Source: the human T2T-CHM13v2.0 reference genome, Homo sapiens
NCBI RefSeq assembly: GCF_009914755.1
Contig: NC_060927.1
Length of the DNA: 64,000 nucleotides
Direction: 5' to 3' (one strand)
Part shown: one piece after another, positions 32,201 through 46,340 of the stretch
Numbering within the stretch: position 1 is the first letter of the stretch
Layout: each line of letters starts with the position of its first letter
Translations under genes and position numbers: made by a program
Notes under the pieces: model-generated
Databases searched by the model: none
Seen by the model: the letters and a program-made list of their open reading frames with translations, nothing else
What the model was told of the DNA's origin: nothing

Positions 32201-33606
32201 AAGGTATATATTCTATACTGCACAAAAAATATGAAATTACCCAAAGCATGTATTATATACTGTATATAAAATATGAAAGCACATCAAATATATATTTTAT
32301 TCTGTACATAAAATATCAAAGTACACCAGATATATATTCTATAGTGTACATAAAATATCAAAGTACCCAAACTATACATTATATACTGTATATAAAATAT
32401 GAAATTACATCAAATATATATTATATTAGGTACATAAAATACGAAAGTACATCAAATATAGATTATATACTGTACATAAAATATCAAAGTACCCAAACTA
32501 TACATTATATACTGTATATAAAATATGAAATTACATCAAATATATATTATATTAGGTACATAAAATACGAAAGTACATCAAATATAGATTATATACTGTA
32601 CATAAAATATCAAAGTACCCCAATATATATTATATACTGTACATGAAATATCAAAGTTCACAAACTATATATTATGTACTGTACATAAAATATCAAAGTA
32701 CCCAAGGTATATATTCTATACTGTACAAAAAATATCAAAGTACCCAAAGCATGTATTATATACTGTACATAAAATATGAAAGTACATCAAATATAGATTA
32801 TATACTGTACATTAAGTACCAAAGTACACCAAATATATATTTTATACTGTACATGAAATATCAAAGTTCACAAACCATACATTATATACTTTCCATAAAA
32901 TATCAAAGTACCCATGGCATATATTCTATACTGTACAAAAGATATCAAAGTACCCAAAGCATGTATTATATACTGTACATAAAATATGAAAGTACATCAA
33001 ATATATATTTTATTCTGTACATAAAATATCAAAGTACACCAGATATATATTCTATAGTGTACATAAAATATCAAAGTACCCAAACTATACATTATATACT
33101 GTACATAAAATATGAAATTACATCAAATATATATTATATTAGGTACATAAAATACGAAAGTACATCAAATATAGATTATATACTGTACATAAAATATCAA
33201 AGTACCCCAATATATATTATATACTGTACATGAAATATCAAAGTTCACAAACTATATATTATGTACTGTATATAAAATATCAAAGTACCCAAGGTATATA
33301 TTCTATACTGCACAAAAAATATGAAATTACCCAAAGCATGTATTATATACTGTATATAAAATATGAAAGCACATCAAATATATATTTTATTCTGTACATA
33401 AAATATCAAAGTACACCAGATATATATTCTATAGTGTACATAAAATATCAAAGTACCCAAACTATACATTATATACTGTATATAAAATATGAAATTACAT
33501 CAAATATATATTATATTAGGTACATAAAATACGAAAGTACATCAAATATAGATTATATACTGTACATAAAATATCAAAGTACCCCAATATATATTATATA
33601 CTGTAC

Positions 33607-33815
33607 ATGAAATATCAAAGTTCACAAACTATATATTATGTACTGTACATAAAATATCAAAGTACCCAAGGTATATATTCTATACTGTACAAAAAATATC
33701 AAAGTACCCAAAGCATGTATTATATACTGTACATAAAATATGAAAGTACATCAAATATAGATTATATACTGTACATAAAATATCAAAGTACCCCAATATA
33801 TATTATATACTGTAC
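33607..33815. repeat. Singleton HOR variant D, 209 bp = 5 monomers
   Basis: Anchor spacing 33607 to 33816. The first four monomers are B-type, joined directly to the 41-bp ccccaat monomer. Confidence 0.93.
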
Positions 33816-36800
33816 ATGAAATATCAAAGTTCACAAACTATATATTATGTACTGTACATAAAATATCAAAGTACCCAAGGTATATATTCTATACTGTACA
33901 AAAAATATCAAAGTACCCAAAGCATGTATTATATACTGTACATAAAATATGAAAGTACATCAAATATAGATTATATACTGTACATTAAGTACCAAAGTAC
34001 ACCAAATATATATTTTATACTGTACATGAAATATCAAAGTTCACAAACCATACATTATATACTTTCCATAAAATATCAAAGTACCCATGGCATATATTCT
34101 ATACTGTACAAAAGATATCAAAGTACCCAAAGCATGTATTATATACTGTACATAAAATATGAAAGTACATCAAATATATATTTTATTCTGTACATAAAAT
34201 ATCAAAGTACACCAGATATATATTCTATAGTGTACATAAAATATCAAAGTACCCAAACTATACATTATATACTGTACATAAAATATGAAATTACATCAAA
34301 TATATATTATATTAGGTACATAAAATACGAAAGTACATCAAATATAGATTATATACTGTACATAAAATATCAAAGTACCCCAATATATATTATATACTGT
34401 ACATGAAATATCAAAGTTCACAAACTATATATTATGTACTGTATATAAAATATCAAAGTACCCAAGGTATATATTCTATACTGCACAAAAAATATGAAAT
34501 TACCCAAAGCATGTATTATATACTGTATATAAAATATGAAAGCACATCAAATATATATTTTATTCTGTACATAAAATATCAAAGTACACCAGATATATAT
34601 TCTATAGTGTACATAAAATATCAAAGTACCCAAACTATACATTATATACTGTATATAAAATATGAAATTACATCAAATATATATTATATTAGGTACATAA
34701 AATACGAAAGTACATCAAATATAGATTATATACTGTACATAAAATATCAAAGTACCCAAACTATACATTATATACTGTATATAAAATATGAAATTACATC
34801 AAATATATATTATATTAGGTACATAAAATACGAAAGTACATCAAATATAGATTATATACTGTACATAAAATATCAAAGTACCCCAATATATATTATATAC
34901 TGTACATGAAATATCAAAGTTCACAAACTATATATTATGTACTGTACATAAAATATCAAAGTACCCAAGGTATATATTCTATACTGTACAAAAAATATCA
35001 AAGTACCCAAAGCATGTATTATATACTGTACATAAAATATGAAAGTACATCAAATATAGATTATATACTGTACATTAAGTACCAAAGTACACCAAATATA
35101 TATTTTATACTGTACATGAAATATCAAAGTTCACAAACCATACATTATATACTTTCCATAAAATATCAAAGTACCCATGGCATATATTCTATACTGTACA
35201 AAAGATATCAAAGTACCCAAAGCATGTATTATATACTGTACATAAAATATGAAAGTACATCAAATATATATTTTATTCTGTACATAAAATATCAAAGTAC
35301 ACCAGATATATATTCTATAGTGTACATAAAATATCAAAGTACCCAAACTATACATTATATACTGTACATAAAATATGAAATTACATCAAATATATATTAT
35401 ATTAGGTACATAAAATACGAAAGTACATCAAATATAGATTATATACTGTACATAAAATATCAAAGTACCCCAATATATATTATATACTGTACATGAAATA
35501 TCAAAGTTCACAAACTATATATTATGTACTGTATATAAAATATCAAAGTACCCAAGGTATATATTCTATACTGCACAAAAAATATGAAATTACCCAAAGC
35601 ATGTATTATATACTGTATATAAAATATGAAAGCACATCAAATATATATTTTATTCTGTACATAAAATATCAAAGTACACCAGATATATATTCTATAGTGT
35701 ACATAAAATATCAAAGTACCCAAACTATACATTATATACTGTATATAAAATATGAAATTACATCAAATATATATTATATTAGGTACATAAAATACGAAAG
35801 TACATCAAATATAGATTATATACTGTACATAAAATATCAAAGTACCCCAATATATATTATATACTGTACATGAAATATCAAAGTTCACAAACTATATATT
35901 ATGTACTGTACATAAAATATCAAAGTACCCAAGGTATATATTCTATACTGTACAAAAAATATCAAAGTACCCAAAGCATGTATTATATACTGTACATAAA
36001 ATATGAAAGTACATCAAATATAGATTATATACTGTACATTAAGTACCAAAGTACACCAAATATATATTTTATACTGTACATGAAATATCAAAGTTCACAA
36101 ACCATACATTATATACTTTCCATAAAATATCAAAGTACCCATGGCATATATTCTATACTGTACAAAAGATATCAAAGTACCCAAAGCATGTATTATATAC
36201 TGTACATAAAATATGAAAGTACATCAAATATATATTTTATTCTGTACATAAAATATCAAAGTACACCAGATATATATTCTATAGTGTACATAAAATATCA
36301 AAGTACCCAAACTATACATTATATACTGTACATAAAATATGAAATTACATCAAATATATATTATATTAGGTACATAAAATAAGAAAGTACATCAAATATA
36401 GATTATATACTGTACATAAAATATCAAAGTACCCCAATATATATTATATACTGTACATGAAATATCAAAGTTCACAAACTATATATTATGTACTGTATAT
36501 AAAATATCAAAGTACCCAAGGTATATATTCTATACTGCACAAAAAATATGAAATTACCCAAAGCATGTATTATATACTGTATATAAAATATGAAAGCACA
36601 TCAAATATATATTTTATTCTGTACATAAAATATCAAAGTACACCAGATATATATTCTATAGTGTACATAAAATATCAAAGTACCCAAACTATACATTATA
36701 TACTGTATATAAAATATGAAATTACATCAAATATATATTATATTAGGTACATAAAATACGAAAGTACATCAAATATAGATTATATACTGTACATAAAATA

Positions 36801-37797
36801 TCAAAGTACCCCAATATATATTATATACTGTACATGAAATATCAAAGTTCACAAACTATATATTATGTACTGTACATAAAATATCAAAGTACCCAAGGTA
36901 TATATTCTATACTGTACAAAAAATATCAAAGTACCCAAAGCATGTATTATATACTGTACATAAAATATGAAAGTACATCAAATATAGATTATATACTGTA
37001 CATTAAGTACCAAAGTACACCAAATATATATTTTATACTGTACATGAAATATCAAAGTTCACAAACCATACATTATATACTTTCCATAAAATATCAAAGT
37101 ACCCATGGCATATATTCTATACTGTACAAAAGATATCAAAGTACCCAAAGCATGTATTATATACTGTACATAAAATATGAAAGTACATCAAATATATATT
37201 TTATTCTGTACATAAAATATCAAAGTACACCAGATATATATTCTATAGTGTACATAAAATATCAAAGTACCCAAACTATACATTATATACTGTACATAAA
37301 ATATGAAATTACATCAAATATATATTATATTAGGTACATAAAATACGAAAGTACATCAAATATAGATTATATACTGTACATAAAATATCAAAGTACCCCA
37401 ATATATATTATATACTGTACATGAAATATCAAAGTTCACAAACTATATATTATGTACTGTATAAAAAATATCAAAGTACCCAAGGTATATATTCTATACT
37501 GCACAAAAAATATGAAATTACCCAAAGCATGTATTATATACTGTATATAAAATATGAAAGCACATCAAATATATATTTTATTCTGTACATAAAATATCAA
37601 AGTACACCAGATATATATTCTATAGTGTACATAAAATATCAAAGTACCCAAACTATACATTATATACTGTATATAAAATATGAAATTACATCAAATATAT
37701 ATTATATTAGGTACATAAAATACGAAAGTACATCAAATATAGATTATATACTGTACATAAAATATCAAAGTACCCCAATATATATTATATACTGTAC

Positions 37798-38170
37798 ATG
37801 AAATATCAAAGTTCACAAACTATATATTATGTACTGTACATAAAATATCAAAGTACCCAAGGTATATATTCTATACTGTACAAAAAATATCAAAGTACCC
37901 AAAGCATGTATTATATACCGTACATAAAATATAAAATTACATCAAATATATATTTTATTCTGTACATAAAATATCAAAGTACACCAGATATATATACTAT
38001 AGTGTACATAAAATATCAAAGTACCCAAACTATACATTATACACTGTACATAAAATATGAAATTACATCAAATATATATTAGGTACATAAAATATGAAAG
38101 TACATCAAATATAGATTATATACTGTAAATATAATATCAATGTACCCCAAATATATATTTTATACTCTAT
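37798..38170. repeat. Diverged HOR variant E, 373 bp (9-mer with 5-bp deletion), copy 1
   Basis: Private motifs ataccgtac, tataaaattac, tatactatag, tacactgt, aatatatattaggtac (5-bp deletion), ctgtaaatataatatcaatgtac and tactctatatg. Confidence 0.93.
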
Positions 38171-41100
38171 ATGAAATATCAAAGTTCACAAACCATATAT
38201 TATATACTGTACATAAAATATCAAAGTACCAAAGGTATATATTCTATACTGTACAAAAAATATCAAAGTACCCAAAGCATGTATTATATACTGTACATAA
38301 AATATGAAAGTACATCAAATATAGATTATATACTGTACATTAAGTACCAAAGTACACCAAATATATATTTTATACTGTACATGAAATATCAAAGTTCACA
38401 AACCATACATTATATACTTTCCATAAAATATCAAAGTACCCATGGCATATATTCTATACTGTACAAAAGATATCAAAGTACCCAAAGCATGTATTATATA
38501 CTGTACATAAAATATGAAAGTACATCAAATATATATTTTATTCTGTACATAAAATATCAAAGTACACCAGATATATATTCTATAGTGTACATAAAATATC
38601 AAAGTACCCAAACTATACATTATATACTGTATATAAAATATGAAATTACATCAAATATATATTATATTAGGTACATAAAATACGAAAGTACATCAAATAT
38701 AGATTATATACTGTACATAAAATATCAAAGTACCCCAATATATATTATATACTGTACATGAAATATCAAAGTTCACAAACTATATATTATGTACTGTATA
38801 TAAAATATCAAAGTACCCAAGGTATATATTCTATACTGTACAAAAAATATCAAAGTACCCAAAGCATGTATTATATACTGTACATAAAATATGAAAGTAC
38901 ATCAAATATATATTATATACTGTACATTAAGTACCAAAGTACACCAAATATATATTTTATACTGTACATGAAATATCAAAGTTCACAAACCATACATTAT
39001 ATACTTTCCATAAAATATCAAAGTACCCATGGCATATATTCTATACTGTACAAAAGATATCAAAGTACCCAAAGCATGTATTATATACTGTACATAAAAT
39101 ATGAAAGTACATCAAATATATATTTTATTCTGTACATAAAATATCAAAGTACACCAGATATATATTCTATAGTGTACATAAAATATCAAAGTACCCAAAC
39201 TATACATTATATACTGTACATAAAATATGAAATTACATCAAATATATATTATATTAGGTACATAAAATACGAAAGTACATCAAATATAGATTATATACTG
39301 TACATAAAATATCAAAGTACCCCAATATATATTATATACTGTACATGAAATATCAAAGTTCACAAACTATATATTATGTACTGTATATAAAATATCAAAG
39401 TACCCAAGGTATATATTCTATACTGCACAAAAAATATGAAATTACCCAAAGCATGTATTATATACTGTATATAAAATATGAAAGCACATCAAATATATAT
39501 TTTATTCTGTACATAAAATATCAAAGTACACCAGATATATATTCTATAGTGTACATAAAATATCAAAGTACCCAAACTATACATTATATACTGTATATAA
39601 AATATGAAATTACATCAAATATATATTATATTAGGTACATAAAATACGAAAGTACATCAAATATAGATTATATACTGTACATAAAATATCAAAGTACCCA
39701 AACTATACATTATATACTGTATATAAAATATGAAATTACATCAAATATATATTATATTAGGTACATAAAATACGAAAGTACATCAAATATAGATTATATA
39801 CTGTACATAAAATATCAAAGTACCCCAATATATATTATATACTGTACATGAAATATCAAAGTTCACAAACTATATATTATGTACTGTACATAAAATATCA
39901 AAGTACCCAAGGTATATATTCTATACTGTACAAAAAATATCAATGTACCCAAAGCATGTATTATATACTGTACATAAAATATGAAAGTACATCAAATATA
40001 GATTATATACTGTACATTAAGTACCAAAGTACACCAAATATATATTTTATACTGTACATGAAATATCAAAGTTCACAAACCATACATTATATACTTTCCA
40101 TAAAATATCAAAGTACCCATGGCATATATTCTATACTGTACAAAAGATATCAAAGTACCCAAAGCATGTATTATATACTGTACATAAAATATGAAAGTAC
40201 ATCAAATATATATTTTATTCTGTACATAAAATATCAAAGTACACCAGATATATATTCTATAGTGTACATAAAATATCAAAGTACCCAAACTATACATTAT
40301 ATACTGTACATAAAATATGAAATTACATCAAATATATATTATATTAGGTACATAAAATACGAAAGTACATCAAATATAGATTATATACTGTACATAAAAT
40401 ATCAAAGTACCCCAATATATATTATATACTGTACATGAAATATCAAAGTTCACAAACTATATATTATGTACTGTATATAAAATATCAAAGTACCCAAGGT
40501 ATATATTCTATACTGCACAAAAAATATGAAATTACCCAAAGCATGTATTATATACTGTATATAAAATATGAAAGCACATCAAATATATATTTTATTCTGT
40601 ACATAAAATATCAAAGTACACCAGATATATATTCTATAGTGTACATAAAATATCAAAGTACCCAAACTATACATTATATACTGTATATAAAATATGAAAT
40701 TACATCAAATATATATTATATTAGGTACATAAAATACGAAAGTACATCAAATATAGATTATATACTGTACATAAAATATCAAAGTACCCCAATATATATT
40801 ATATACTGTACATGAAATATCAAAGTTCACAAACTATATATTATGTACTGTACATAAAATATCAAAGTACCCAAGGTATATATTCTATACTGTACAAAAA
40901 ATATCAAAGTACCCAAAGCATGTATTATATACTGTACATAAAATATGAAAGTACATCAAATATAGATTATATACTGTACATTAAGTACCAAAGTACACCA
41001 AATATATATTTTATACTGTACATGAAATATCAAAGTTCACAAACCATACATTATATACTTTCCATAAAATATCAAAGTACCCATGGCATATATTCTATAC

Positions 41101-42739
41101 TGTACAAAAGATATCAAAGTACCCAAAGCATGTATTATATACTGTACATAAAATATGAAAGTACATCAAATATATATTTTATTCTGTACATAAAATATCA
41201 AAGTACACCAGATATATATTCTATAGTGTACATAAAATATCAAAGTACCCAAACTATACATTATATACTGTACATAAAATATGAAATTACATCAAATATA
41301 TATTATATTAGGTACATAAAATACGAAAGTACATCAAATATAGATTATATACTGTACATAAAATATCAAAGTACCCCAATATATATTATATACTGTACAT
41401 GAAATATCAAAGTTCACAAACTATATATTATGTACTGTATATAAAATATCAAAGTACCCAAGGTATATATTCTATACTGCACAAAAAATATGAAATTACC
41501 CAAAGCATGTATTATATACTGTATATAAAATATGAAAGCACATCAAATATATATTTTATTCTGTACATAAAATATCAAAGTACACCAGATATATATTCTA
41601 TAGTGTACATAAAATATCAAAGTACCCAAACTATACATTATATACTGTATATAAAATATGAAATTACATCAAATATATATTATATTAGGTACATAAAATA
41701 CGAAAGTACATCAAATATAGATTATATACTGTACATAAAATATCAAAGTACCCCAATATATATTATATACTGTACATGAAATATCAAAGTTCACAAACTA
41801 TATATTATGTACTGTACATAAAATATCAAAGTACCCAAGGTATATATTCTATACTGTACAAAAAATATCAAAGTACCCAAAGCATGTATTATATACTGTA
41901 CATAAAATATGAAAGTACATCAAATATAGATTATATACTGTACATTAAGTACCAAAGTACACCAAATATATATTTTATACTGTACATGAAATATCAAAGT
42001 TCACAAACCATACATTATATACTTTCCATAAAATATCAAAGTACCCATGGCATATATTCTATACTGTACAAAAGATATCAAAGTACCCAAAGCATGTATT
42101 ATATACTGTACATAAAATATGAAAGTACATCAAATATATATTTTATTCTGTACATAAAATATCAAAGTACACCAGATATATATTCTATAGTGTACATAAA
42201 ATATCAAAGTACCCAAACTATACATTATATACTGTACATAAAATATGAAATTACATCAAATATATATTATATTAGGTACATAAAATAAGAAAGTACATCA
42301 AATATAGATTATATACTGTACATAAAATATCAAAGTACCCCAATATATATTATATACTGTACATGAAATATCAAAGTTCACAAACTATATATTATGTACT
42401 GTATATAAAATATCAAAGTACCCAAGGTATATATTCTATACTGCACAAAAAATATGAAATTACCCAAAGCATGTATTATATACTGTATATAAAATATGAA
42501 AGCACATCAAATATATATTTTATTCTGTACATAAAATATCAAAGTACACCAGATATATATTCTATAGTGTACATAAAATATCAAAGTACCCAAACTATAC
42601 ATTATATACTGTATATAAAATATGAAATTACATCAAATATATATTATATTAGGTACATAAAATACGAAAGTACATCAAATATAGATTATATACTGTACAT
42701 AAAATATCAAAGTACCCCAATATATATTATATACTGTAC

Positions 42740-43112
42740 ATGAAATATCAAAGTTCACAAACTATATATTATGTACTGTACATAAAATATCAAAGTACCC
42801 AAGGTATATATTCTATACTGTACAAAAAATATCAAAGTACCCAAAGCATGTATTATATACCGTACATAAAATATAAAATTACATCAAATATATATTTTAT
42901 TCTGTACATAAAATATCAAAGTACACCAGATATATATACTATAGTGTACATAAAATATCAAAGTACCCAAACTATACATTATACACTGTAAATAAAATAT
43001 GAAATTACATCAAATATATATTAGGTACATAAAATATGAAAGTACATCAAATATAGATTATATACTGTAAATATAATATCAATGTACCCCAAATATATAT
43101 TTTATACTCTAT
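42740..43112. repeat. Diverged HOR variant E, copy 2
   Basis: Same private motifs as copy 1, plus an extra C>A at 42991. Confidence 0.93.
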
Positions 43113-46100
43113 ATGAAATATCAAAGTTCACAAACCATATATTATATACTGTACATAAAATATCAAAGTACCAAAGGTATATATTCTATACTGTACAAAA
43201 AATATCAAAGTACCCAAAGCATGTATTATATACTGTACATAAAATATGAAAGTACATCAAATATAGATTATATACTGTACATTAAGTACCAAAGTACACC
43301 AAATATATATTTTATACTGTACATGAAATATCAAAGTTCACAAACCATACATTATATACTTTCCATAAAATATCAAAGTACCCATGGCATATATTCTATA
43401 CTGTACAAAAGATATCAAAGTACCCAAAGCATGTATTATATACTGTACATAAAATATGAAAGCACATCAAATATATATTTTATTCTGTACATAAAATATC
43501 AAAGTACACCAGATATATATTCTATAGTGTACATAAAATATCAAAGTACCCAAACTATACATTATATACTGTATATAAAATATGAAATTACATCAAATAT
43601 ATATTATATTAGGTACATAAAATACGAAAGTACATCAAATATAGATTATATACTGTACATAAAATATCAAAGTACCCCAATATATATTATATACTGTACA
43701 TGAAATATCAAAGTTCACAAACTATATATTATGTACTGTATATAAAATATCAAAGTACCCAAGGTATATATTCTATACTGTACAAAAAATATCAAAGTAC
43801 CCAAAGCATGTATTATATACTGTACATAAAATATGAAAGTACATCAAATATAGATTATATACTGTACATTAAGTACCAAAGTACACCAAATATATATTTT
43901 ATACTGTACATGAAATATCAAAGTTCACAAACCATACATTATATACTTTCCATAAAATATCAAAGTACCCATGGCATATATTCTATACTGTACAAAAGAT
44001 ATCAAAGTACCCAAAGCATGTATTATATACTGTACATAAAATATGAAAGTACATCAAATATATATTTTATTCTGTACATAAAATATCAAAGTACACCAGA
44101 TATATATTCTATAGTGTACATAAAATATCAAAGTACCCAAACTATACATTATATACTGTACATAAAATATGAAATTACATCAAATATATATTATATTAGG
44201 TACATAAAATACGAAAGTACATCAAATATAGATTATATACTGTACATAAAATATCAAAGTACCCCAATATATATTATATACTGTACATGAAATATCAAAG
44301 TTCACAAACTATATATTATGTACTGTATATAAAATATCAAAGTACCCAAGGTATATATTCTATACTGCACAAAAAATATGAAATTACCCAAAGCATGTAT
44401 TATATACTGTATATAAAATATGAAAGCACATCAAATATATATTTTATTCTGTACATAAAATATCAAAGTACACCAGATATATATTCTATAGTGTACATAA
44501 AATATCAAAGTACCCAAACTATACATTATATACTGTATATAAAATATGAAATTACATCAAATATATATTATATTAGGTACATAAAATACGAAAGTACATC
44601 AAATATAGATTATATACTGTACATAAAATATCAAAGTACCCAAACTATACATTATATACTGTATATAAAATATGAAATTACATCAAATATATATTATATT
44701 AGGTACATAAAATACGAAAGTACATCAAATATAGATTATATACTGTACATAAAATATCAAAGTACCCCAATATATATTATATACTGTACATGAAATATCA
44801 AAGTTCACAAACTATATATTATGTACTGTACATAAAATATCAAAGTACCCAAGGTATATATTCTATACTGTACAAAAAATATCAAAGTACCCAAAGCATG
44901 TATTATATACTGTACATAAAATATGAAAGTACATCAAATATAGATTATATACTGTACATTAAGTACCAAAGTACACCAAATATATATTTTATACTGTACA
45001 TGAAATATCAAAGTTCACAAACCATACATTATATACTTTCCATAAAATATCAAAGTACCCATGGCATATATTCTATACTGTACAAAAGATATCAAAGTAC
45101 CCAAAGCATGTATTATATACTGTACATAAAATATGAAAGTACATCAAATATATATTTTATTCTGTACATAAAATATCAAAGTACACCAGATATATATTCT
45201 ATAGTGTACATAAAATATCAAAGTACCCAAACTATACATTATATACTGTACATAAAATATGAAATTACATCAAATATATATTATATTAGGTACATAAAAT
45301 ACGAAAGTACATCAAATATAGATTATATACTGTACATAAAATATCAAAGTACCCCAATATATATTATATACTGTACATGAAATATCAAAGTTCACAAACT
45401 ATATATTATGTACTGTATATAAAATATCAAAGTACCCAAGGTATATATTCTATACTGCACAAAAAATATGAAATTACCCAAAGCATGTATTATATACTGT
45501 ATATAAAATATGAAAGCACATCAAATATATATTTTATTCTGTACATAAAATATCAAAGTACACCAGATATATATTCTATAGTGTACATAAAATATCAAAG
45601 TACCCAAACTATACATTATATACTGTATATAAAATATGAAATTACATCAAATATATATTATATTAGGTACATAAAATACGAAAGTACATCAAATATAGAT
45701 TATATACTGTATATAAAATATCAAAGTACCCCAATATATATTATATACTGTACATGAAATATCAAAGTTCACAAACTATATATTATGTACTGTACATAAA
45801 ATATCAAAGTACCCAAGGTATATATTCTATACTGTACAAAAAATATCAAAGTACCCAAAGCATGTATTATATACTGTACATAAAATATGAAAGTACATCA
45901 AATATAGATTATATACTGTACATTAAGTACCAAAGTACACCAAATATATATTTTATACTGTACATGAAATATCAAAGTTCACAAACCATACATTATATAC
46001 TTTCCATAAAATATCAAAGTACCCATGGCATATATTCTATACTGTACAAAAGATATCAAAGTACCCAAAGCATGTATTATATAGTGTACATAAAATATGA

Positions 46101-46340
46101 AAGTACATCAAATATATATTTTATTCTGTACATAAAATATCAAAGTACACCAGATATATATTCTATAGTGTACATAAAATATCAAAGTACCCAAACTATA
46201 CATTATATACTGTACATAAAATATGAAATTACATCAAATATATATTATATTAGGTACATAAAATAAGAAAGTACATCAAATATAGATTATATACTGTACA
46301 TAAAATATCAAAGTACCCCAATATATATTATATACTGTAC

